From Octopus sinensis (Eukaryota), in contig NC_043006.1 in the NCBI RefSeq assembly GCF_006345805.1, positions 79,112,001 to 79,176,000 on the forward strand: a DNA stretch of 64,000 nucleotides, read 5' to 3'. Every line of letters starts with the position of its first letter. Positions within the stretch are counted from its first letter, which is position 1. Both the position numbers and the translations under genes were made by a program. Below the pieces are notes generated by a model. It was not told the DNA's origin and did no database searches. It saw only the letters and a list, made by a program, of their open reading frames with translations. Shown here piece by piece: positions 54,340 to 64,000 of this stretch.

Positions 54340-54850
54340 TATTTTATCAGAGGGAAAAGGACAACAAAACCAATGTAGGACACATATCGCAAGTCATTTA
54401 GAGTAATAGTGTAGGGTGAATTTGAATCCTTACAGCTGTTTCGGGGATATCGCAAGTGATAGTCTACAATGTCCATACACTGGGTAATCCATCTGGGATT
54501 ATACCTAAGGGCCTATACCTTCATGGAAGTACAGACCAACTTCCATACCCTCTAGGAGAAGATGAATTGTGAACTTTATTCGTTTCTCAATATTCTTCTA
54601 TCCACTGCTTTACTTTTTATTCTTCTATCTACTATTTAATTCATTATTTTATTCCTTATACACTGTGAATTTCCCTATCCGGTACTTTCGTACATGGTCA
54701 CCTCGTCTCTGATGATGGAATACCCAGTGTATGGACATACTAGCCAATCACTTGGCATATCCCAGAAACAGCTGTAAGGCTTAAATATTCTAAATGACTT
54801 GAGATACTTGTCCTGCCTTGGTTTTGTTGTCTTTTTTCCTCTAATATAAT
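54340..54850. mobile_element. Tail-out inverted non-coding element with hammerhead at 54705-54780
   Basis: 54340-54493 is a diverged reverse complement of 54714-54850. Confidence 0.8.
54705..54780 (+). ncRNA. Type-I hammerhead with extended helix II and ACAGCUGU palindromic helix III
   Basis: GUCU-CUGAUGA-UGGAAUA…UAUCCCA-GAAA-CAGCUG-UA-AGGC; predicted cleavage after 54776. Confidence 0.75.
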
Positions 54851-55050
54851 ATATACCTGCTAACTCGGAAGCTTAATACGGATCCCTAGCTCCAGCCTCA
54901 GCCGTGAACTTGGAACCTAACAGATGACTTATTAGCGCACTTACTCTGCGTATCTATTCGTTTAGATCACCAGTGATCTAAATCCTTCATATATGCAAAT
55001 ATATATATACATATATATACATATATATATAAATATACATATATATATAC

Positions 55051-55113
<63 letters not shown>

Positions 55114-55281
55114 TATATACATATATATGTATATATACATATACATCTATATAGATATATAAAGATATACACATATATATATATACATATATAGATATAT
55201 ATATATATATGTGTGTGTGTATGCATATATATATATAAAGTACATCTATATGTAAATATATGTATGTTTGCGCGCGCGCGC

Positions 55282-55334
<53 letters not shown>

Positions 55335-56139
55335 ATATATATATATTATATTATTGCTATTGTATATTTTTTAATACTATAAAATGAAAATGTCAATAAA
55401 TTAGGCCTACAAATCCTTATGTACAAGTTCCCATTATTAATAAAACAAAAATCATGCAAAACTTGTAAAGGTTGTTTTAATTATAATACACTATCAGTAA
55501 CCACTGAGATTCTACGCTTATTTTGAAAATTGTGTGATGGAATTGTTTATTTTTCTGGTGCCTTTGATTCTTGGGCTGGTTGAAAGTCCACATAGGCAGA
55601 ACTGAAGGGGCAATTTCAAGAAACAAAGTCTCTGAACGCTGTACTCTTACGTATTGAATTTCAGAATGACTACATGAAATATTCTTGTAACCATTGTTGT
55701 AACGTTCAAAAAGGTTTCCACTCTTCTTAACATTTTCCTTCATTTTTATTTTTTCTATTCCCTCTTGAACCTTTTTTCTCAACTATTGTAGATCTTCATC
55801 GCCATCTTCTTCATTCATATTTTTCTCTTCTAAACTGTTGATGCTCCCGCGCTTCTCCTAATAATTCGACCTTCTGCTCCTATGCAATCTTCAACTTCTT
55901 CGTTCTTTCTATTGTTAACTTAAATAGTTATCATTATCCATATCTTATTAACAAATATAAGTTTCCGTTTATTTCGCCATTCTTCAAGCAGAGAACAAGA
56001 CTGTTTGGCAGCTGCTTTTAAAGCAGATGACGTTTAAACCAATGAACGCTCATAAAGAAAAGCACGAGGGAAGTAACCAACGTTACAACCAACAAATTTC
56101 AAAAATAAACGTAAAGAAAGATATTAATAGTTTACGATG

Positions 56140-56600
56140 TGTCTTTTAAATTCAGCCAAGGCATATTTCTCAAAATGCGGGCATAACGAAAAAAATCTCG
56201 TTCCTGGAATTTAGGTAACCGCTGGAGGTCCTTAAGTTCTTTAAGGTTTATAGTTTCTCGAGAATACAGAACACCTTTGTTACTCATTAATACATGGTCT
56301 GGTTTTCGAAAGGCTTTTCCACTAGATGTTGTAGCTGGTCCCTCCGTCTTTAAGTTTCCAGATTAAAGCCGAAAGGATTGTTGTATGTCTCTTAGCACGG
56401 TGTCTAAAATTCAAAAGATGGTTGTTATATCGGGGTTTAAATTTTCCTTCCACAGACTCGATATAACGCTTGATTTCTGTTCTACCGTTGTCATACTTTG
56501 CTGAGACTTGTGATTCGTAAACAACGGAGGATATATTACATTTCTACCCCAGAGGACATTTAGATTCGTCTCTACATGTGCATCCGGTGCTGGCTTGCGT
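56140..56600 (-). pseudogene. Penelope-like GIY-YIG endonuclease remnant with a Cys-rich N-terminus (Neptune/Naiad-type)
   Basis: Manual translation CTCRDESKCPLG*KC..SVVYESQV…YIESVEGKFKPRYNNHLLNFRH…LSALIWKLKD…LNSRNEIFSLCPH; not in the ORF track because of stops. Confidence 0.8.
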
Positions 56601-56630
56601 CATCGGCTGCTTATCGACACATGCTTTACC

Positions 56631-57710
56631 CAGGGATGCCACTGATGGGTTTTTCCACCCAGATCTGAGGTTTGCGGAGCAATGATTGGTTTATGGGTTT
56701 TAATTTCCAAATTTACATTAAATCTGGGTTTTTAAGTTAGTTTTGGCTGAAAACATATCTTTTAAAGAGAAATCGGTGTCATACTCTTTGTATGCAACAT
56801 GTACCGAAGTTTCACCTCTGCTAATACTTTGTAAACTTTCTATATGTCATCCACAGTCATCTCACGTATTGAATTTATCGATATAAATATTGTATGTAAC
56901 GTAATTACCGATCGTACACGTTCATTATTTATTTATACGTGTATCATACTTGGCAACTACAAGTTACAATGCGTTGGTGGCCACTTGTACACTTATCCGA
57001 AACTCTGACACCACCAGTTGACAGCTTGACTGTGTTGATGGTGTATGCTTCGATTGTTACTCGCCATTTAAAATTTGTTTAACAACATTTTGAGTGAGTG
57101 TTTTTGTTTTGTAACTCTTTGCGAATTAATGGCAGACAATAGTGTGTCCAAAACGAGGAAGTGGTACACCGAAAATTTCAAGAAGTCGTGGTTGGAGGAT
57201 GCAGAGTTTAAAGATTGGTTACAGCAAGATGATAAAAATCCTGACACCTGTTACTACGTTTGTTCCAACGTTGTGTTGAAAAATGCTTACAAATCAAAGC
57301 TGTTAGCTCATAAAAACACTGCCAAACAAGAAAGCTTTTGATTGTGCGAAATCTGCTATTAAATTAGATTCATTTATTGTTAAAAAAAAAAAAAACAGAT
57401 TACTCATTAAATGAATAAATTGCTACTAACAGGTTATGTTGCTGAACATCACGTGCCTTTCATAAAATATAAATCACTTAGCTGAAATTTCCTGATAGTG
57501 AAATAGCTAAAAATCTACAATGCAAGACGGAATTGCACATTATGAACGAAATGAAATCTTGGAAATTCTCAAGAAACAAACGTTTTCAGTATGGACAGAT
57601 GAGAGTACGGACATCTCGATGACACAAATCTTAGCAATAGTTGTTCGCTTTTTTGATGTACAATCAATTAATGTCAAGGATGCTCTTCTAGATGCAATTG
57701 TAGTATCTAC
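56631..57710 (+). mobile_element. hAT transposon 5' part (TTF-type Zn finger, DESTD motif)
   Basis: CAGGGATGCCA terminus at 56631; FKKSWLEDAEFKDWL…HKNTAK; FSVWTDESTDIS. Confidence 0.8.
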
Positions 57711-57714
57711 CAAA

Positions 57715-58815
57715 ATAAGTAAAAAAAAATCCCCAGATATGGTATTAAAGGCTGTTAACGAAATTGGTGAGGTGTATTTACAGCAGTGTGATGAACCCAC
57801 ATTTTAGCAGATTAACACCTGTCTATATGCTCTGGCTTTTACTACAAAGTAGAACGTGAATGACATTCAAAAAGTGAACAAAACCAAAACAAAGTACCAT
57901 CATGGGTTTTGAAGATAGAGGAAAAGATAACTGGTTTACGGAATACCATCAGTCATATAATGACGCTTATTGCGTGCAAACAATAAAATCATTATACGTC
58001 CCACCACCAGAGAGTAAAGAAGGAGACAAAAATGATGTTTGGAGACAGAAAAAAGAGGACACTCACTTGCAAAGTGATTACCCTCAAGCGGGAGCTAAAA
58101 GCTGTCGGCGAGAAACAGCGAGAGAAAAACAATAAACAAAAAATGTAACCGGAACCAGACTGCAGTATACAGAGACATGAGAAGAGGAGCAGTGAACATC
58201 ACAGAAACTCCTTAACGAGAAGACAGACTCTTTCTGGAAGGAAATCTGGAATGAGGAGGATTTTAACCAAGATGCTCTGTGGTTGAAAGAAATCCGAAGA
58301 AGTTATTGCTTCTGCGTTACACCCAAGACATACAGCATTGATTCCAGATTAGAAGTTCAAGTTTATACCTGTAATTATTGAGGCCCTGGGATATGTAACA
58401 CACTGCCTTAATACTAATCTTAAGAAATTAGGCTTCTTAAAACCAGAAAGGAGAAAGCTGATTCGAAGACTACAGATCCAATCCCTCACTGTAACTGTAA
58501 AAATCTGTAAAACTTTCCAGAAGTTTATCATTTAAATATTAATGTGTATGAACATGTCTATATATGCAACTATATGTCCGAGAATACATACATGAAATAA
58601 AACATACAAATCTGCACATATACATACATACATACATGCATACATACATACATACATACATACATACATACATACATACATACATACATACATACATACA
58701 TACATACATACAAAAATACCCTGTTGTTGATGTCGAAATTCCAATGAAGGAGCCTTGGATCTAGGTTAGAAACTGACTCTTTCTCTTTTGGCAAGAAATC
58801 CTTAATTAAATCTGA
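57715..58815 (+). mobile_element. Internally deleted R4/Dong-like element
   Basis: 58350-58535 closely matches 40700-40890 and the 3' UTR is shared; the upstream part is not RT-like. Confidence 0.75.
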
Positions 58816-59559
58816 ATAATGACATACATATGACTGCAGTTTAATCACCGAAACAAGCAACGTCATCTACATATAGATGCGCTGGGTGTTTGTGCGTGTA
58901 GGGAATGTGTGAGTCATGGTGCGTATGTGTGTGTAGACGTATCTTGAAACGATAGATAGGATTCGGTTGACTGCATATGCCGCACCCTCTACAGCGATCA
59001 TTACAGGTGAATCAATCAAAGAATTATTCCATAGGTCAACTCACCTATTAAATTTTTCTTTTTATGATCAAGACTATGTACGTTAAGGCAAAATGCGTCA
59101 TTATCAGTGACCTCATTTCAGTTTATTTACGAGAAAATAAGCATTATTGTGTGTGAGCGTGTGTGTGTGTGTGTGTGTGTGTGTACTGTGGACTGCCATC
59201 ATACGACAATGAATTACCTGCTCCTGAATTAGCGTGTAAGCGACTGAGTATTCCAGAGATACGCGTTCACTTCATACAATCCCCGGGCAGCACCAGCATG
59301 ACATGGTGTATTTTGATAAGGATATATCTTTTGAGTTATAGGTACAATCTATCCAGAAGGCTTCTGTACATTTTCTGTCTACGCAATTTCATTCAGAAGA
59401 TATGAATTGACCCGAGGCTATGAAAAAAAGACCAATTTGCACAAGATCATTTACAGTAGTATCGAACTCAAGACCTTTTGGTTGCTTTTGAACTTTACAA
59501 CCATTCGACTTTATGTCAACCAGTTATGTGACCTTTCTCTGGATATAATCTTGGATAAT

Positions 59560-59735
59560 TGAATGTGCAACAGTAGTACTGTTCTAGATAAGAGAACAGC
59601 TGTCCATCATTGGCCTCAGAGAAAAGTTCTCCCTCATTGGCCTCATCCAAGATTTGTACGTACCGGTTATTGCTGGACTGAAGTATTTTCTGACTCTGAA
59701 GAGAACGGCCAGCTTTTGAGATGCAGTTCTGTGTA
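59560..59735 (-). mobile_element. CR1/Jockey-like LINE C-terminal remnant
   Basis: ASQKLAVLFRVRKYFSP…YKSWMRP…MDSCSLI, with a small internal duplication. Confidence 0.55.
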
Positions 59736-60049
59736 AATTAACGATGTATGTTCATACACATAATTTGCTTGTGCTTCTCAATCAGAGCTACTTTTATTGG
59801 TACATACAGGTGTAACAATTGTTTGGATTATTGATTCTGATATTTTTCAGTTTTCTTTTGCTATTCTTCAAATACCTAAACTAAAATAAATTTATATGCC
59901 TCTAGAACAACGACACCCTATTTTACTCAGTATTTTATAACACGACTGTCTTAGCCAGATTTGTAAATCTTGATACATGCTTTGTCATTTATTTAGTAAC
60001 TGTTAAAATGTTATGTGGATTATGAAAGATGTAATTGCTTTATTCCTAG

Positions 60050-60630
60050 ACTATCACTATGACCCGGCGTTGCCGCGTCTGGTGCTAGTGCTTGTCAAGT
60101 ATATTTGGTCTTTCATGAAAATTCCGCTCTCTTGTCCTTCACTTGGTCTAACTCGTTAATTATTCCCTGCATTTCTCAAATCAAAAAAGCGTGCACATTT
60201 GAAAGCCAAAATACGTGATAACGCGTCTTCGCAAAACACAAAAATGCGCCGAGTCATACAGACTGTCTGCAAATGCGCAGGCGCATTCAACTGTCACGGG
60301 TAAAATTATCTCCGTCCAATCAAAAAACAGCTGGCAGTCTATTGGCGTATCTAGCTGTACGCACGCACCGCGTGCAAATTTCTGTGTTTTAGCCATTTTG
60401 AATGGATATGCCCATAACTTATGGGCATAAGGGGTCAGTTTATCGACTTTTTAATGGCTTTCTGGGGTGACTGGGGAAATGGAAAGATCTTCACGACCAC
60501 CCTCAGACAGTTTTGAAAGCCCATAGAAAATGCGAGCCTTTTACGCGAAAAACTGTGCATTTGTATAGAGGATACAGAGACACAGACACACAGATACACA
60601 GACATTTTGCCGTTTATAGATATAGAAATT
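60050..60630 (+). mobile_element. Helentron/HINE-like element; related copy at 62080-62580
   Basis: Shared ACTATGACCCGGCGTT 5' end and a near-identical ~220-bp 3' end finishing TTTTGCCGTTTATAGATATAGA. Confidence 0.65.
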
Positions 60631-63344
60631 AATGCGATCCATAATCCTTTCTACGATAAATGCAAAGCCTGGAATTTGGGGGAAGGGTTCTAGTCGACTA
60701 CATTGATTCCCCCCCCACACACACACACACAACCGTGCTCAACTAGTACTTATTTCATCGAACTACGCAGCGATGAAAGGTAAAACCAGCCTCAGCGGAA
60801 TTTGAACTCAGAATGTAAAGAACCGGAAGAAATGCCGCTAAGCATTTTGTCCGGCTCGGTAATGATTTTGCTAGCTTGCCAAAAACAATAAACTTGCGTC
60901 CAATCACCACTTTAGTCAACATGTTTTTGTTTTGCTTTTGCTTTTTTTTGTTTTTGCTTTCGATTTTGCTTTTTGTTGTTGTTTTTTTATGAATCATATC
61001 TGCAATGAAGAGGGATGTATTTCTTGAAGAATGCTTTGACACTTTTAAAATAAAGACAAAATTATACTGGATACAGAACTACGAGAGAGTGAATACATAT
61101 GTCTTTTTAACATCAGCTGTTTGTAAATATCACCGTGAACACCGTGACCGACCAGGCTATCAGATGTTGCTACACATCGCTGGTCACAATGCTCTTCGCA
61201 TTGTTTTAGCCTTCAAATGACGCCACCCCGCTGGCTAATCGAGCAGCCAACAGAAGAAAGAGTGAGAGAAAGTTGTGGCGAAAGAGTACAGCAGGAGCTT
61301 CGTGGAGCTTTAGGTGTTTTCGCTCAATAAACACTCACAAATCGAAACCGCGAGTCCGCTGCCCTAACCAATTGCATCTCCACGTTTGTAAATATAGCGT
61401 ATTGAATATTGGTTTCAAATTTTGGCACCCTACCCAGCAATTTCTGGTAGGGTGCTAAGTCGATTACATCTAGCCCCCAGTGTTCAACTGGTATTTATTT
61501 TAAGGCGGCGAGCTGGCAGAAACGTTAGCACGCCGGGCGAAATGCGTAGCCGTATTTCGTCTGCCGCTACGTTCTGAGTTCAAATTCCGCCGAGGTCCCC
61601 TTTGCCTTTCATCCTTTCGGGGTCGATTAAATTAGTACCAGTTACTCACTGGGGTCGATGTAATCGACTTAATCCGTTTGTCTGTCCTTGTTTGTCCCCT
61701 CTGTGTTTAGCTTCCTGTGGGTAGTAAAGAAATAGGTATTTATTTTGGTATTTATCCCGAACGGGATGAAAGACAAAGTCGACCTCGGTGGAATTTCAAC
61801 TCAGAACGTAAAGATGGACAACATGTCGCTAAGCATTTTGCCCAGCCTGCAATCAATTCTGCCTGCTCAACACCCTAAACGTACTGAATAAAACCCATCA
61901 TAGAAATAGAATCTCCTGGAAGCACTGTATTCATATAAGATCGAATACATGTTCTGTTCTATGTTACATTTCGTCATTCTTTGTTTACAAAAATTCAGAA
62001 AAAATATGCAATTTACCAAAATTGACTTCATTTGCATACACAAAGGTTTGAGACTAAACAAGTCGGTGTTTTAGTGAGGTACTAGCACTATGACCCGGCG
62101 TTACCGGGTCAAGTGTTAGTGCTTGTTGTTCGTTGCCGGGTCGCAGTAAAAATTTCTCACTAAATCAAGAGCTAAGTTTCTTATCACATTTCAGCCCGGG
62201 CTAGTTTTGTTGTTTATGAGCTAGTTGGAACTTTTTATGAGAGTAATTAATATTCCTTGGACTTCGGTTTTCACACCTGGAACGGCATAATCACGGAAAA
62301 TTAGTGGGGTTGTGCACATGCCATTAGTCGGACAAAAAAGGAGCCAGAAGAAAGCGAAAAACTCGAATTTGGCCGTAAAATAACGTATGGGCATAAGGAG
62401 TCGGTTTATCGATTTTTTAATGGCTTTCTCGGGTGATTGGGGAAATAAAAAGATCTTCACGACCACCCTCAGACAGTTTTGAAAACCCATAGAAAATGCG
62501 AGCCTTTTACGTGAAAAACTGTGGATTTGTATAAAGGATACACAGATACACAGACATTTTGCCGTTTATAGATATAGAGACGTAATAAACTACATTATGC
62601 AATTAAGCAAAATCGTGAACATGCTTATATGTTTGGTGCATTTTCAGATTTAAAAATTACAAATACACTTCCTATTAGAAATATAGATTTCTTTATATTA
62701 TTTCTGGTCACATGATCGTCGCTTGTGTGACACAAATTATTCACAATTAATCACAACGCACCTAGTTTTTTTTTTTTTTTTTTTCAATATTTTGTCAATC
62801 TATTTCTGTTGTGTTGTGCCCAATTTCTTTTATATATAAACTCGATTAGCGAGAAAGTTCGCAAGCGCTTTAGAAATCCAGTCGTGGCAGTTAATAATGA
62901 TAATTTTAATAACAACAACGATTTCTGATTTCGGCTCAAGGCCGGCAGTTTTAAGGGCTGAGTGTAGTCGATGCCATTGACCCCCAGTATTTGCAATATT
63001 CGACAGATACTTTATTTAACCGACCCCGAGAGGGTAAAAAAGCAAAGTTGACCTCGGCGATAGGCATTTTATCCAACATGCTAGTGATTCTGTCAGTCCA
63101 TCACCTTAACAACAACAACAACAACAACAACGGGTTCATATTTTGGCATAAAGCAAGCAATTTCAGGGGATGGGAAAGTCGATTATAACGACGTCAGTGC
63201 TCAACGGGTAATTATTTTATCGATCCCAAAATGATGAAAGACAAAGTCAACATCGGCGGAATTTGAACTCATTCGTAAAGATGGTCAAAATGCCGCTAAG
63301 AATATTTTTTTCCGGCACAATGACAATTCTGCCAGCTAGCCACC

Positions 63345-63438
<94 letters not shown>

Positions 63439-63474
63439 CGGTGATGGTGATGGTGATGGTGATGATGATGATGA

Positions 63475-63506
<32 letters not shown>

Positions 63507-63507
63507 C
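63345..63507. repeat. (AAT)n to (GAT)n/(GGT) trinucleotide array
   Basis: Read directly. Confidence 0.95.
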
Positions 63508-63509
63508 AA

Positions 63510-64000
63510 CATATGGCTGCTCAGAAGCAAGCATTGCAAAAGAGAAACATCAGGTAAGTCAGTGTGAAAGGAAATATTGACGGGAAGTGTAGGATGTGCG
63601 GCGAAAGAGAAGAAACAATTACACACAAGATTCTGAATGTCCAAAACTAGCACAGAAAGTGTGAAAGAACTGGAAACATGATAGGGTGACAAATGTCGTG
63701 CGTTGGGAAATCTGTAAGAAGTACAACTTCCCTTTTTCCAAAAAAATGTTATGACCACAAGGTGGTGAAGGTTCTGGAGAACGAAAATACAAAAATCTTT
63801 TGGGATTTTAAACTGAAGACAGGTAAGGTCATGGAACACTCTCGACTTGATATCGTTATCTTCCACAAAGCACCTCATGAATGTATAATCGTGGATATAG
63901 CATACCCATTTGATAGCAAAGTGAACGAGAATGAACAGGAAAAGCTTGATAAGTATAATAATTTAAGATATCAGAATGGAGTACGAACTGAGAAAGTGTG
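63510..64000 (+). mobile_element. R4/Dong-like LINE fragment (CCHC and REL domain), runs off the window
   Basis: CRMCGEREETITH…ECPKLAQ…HDRV…; KILWDF…RLDIVIF…IVDIAYPFD…EKLDKY. Confidence 0.85.

Noticed and set aside
56140-56600. Possible selenocysteine recoding in the Penelope-like ORF, as reported for some Naiad elements
   Set aside because: The in-frame stops are TAG and TAA, not TGA, and there is a frameshift, so this is ordinary decay.

Overview
Eukaryotic, AT-rich genomic DNA dominated by microsatellites and interspersed repeats. The SINE and microsatellite repertoire looks like an octopod cephalopod (inference, not database-checked). One host gene is supported: four + strand coding exons (38760-38867, 44984-45121, 48154-48263, 52678-53076) splice in frame into the C-terminal part of a PMP22/claudin-superfamily tetraspan protein; its 5' exons were not found. 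The rest is mobile DNA: a hAT element with TIRs and a decayed transposase, a second hAT 5' end, an internally deleted mariner, R4/Dong-like and RTE/CR1-like LINE remnants, several tRNA-derived SINE families, Helentron/HINE-like elements, a TIR element carrying (TTAGGG)n, and two Penelope-like GIY-YIG remnants. The most notable signal is a set of at least six distinct small repeat families with minimal type-I hammerhead ribozyme folds (CUGANGA...GAAA, palindromic helix III). They usually abut (TA)n arrays and often form tail-out inverted pairs, and one ~210-nt family shows compensatory base changes in helix I. This looks like a Penelope-dependent retrozyme-like system. Nearly all ORFs in the supplied track are microsatellite artefacts. 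Coordinates of degenerate repeats are approximate.
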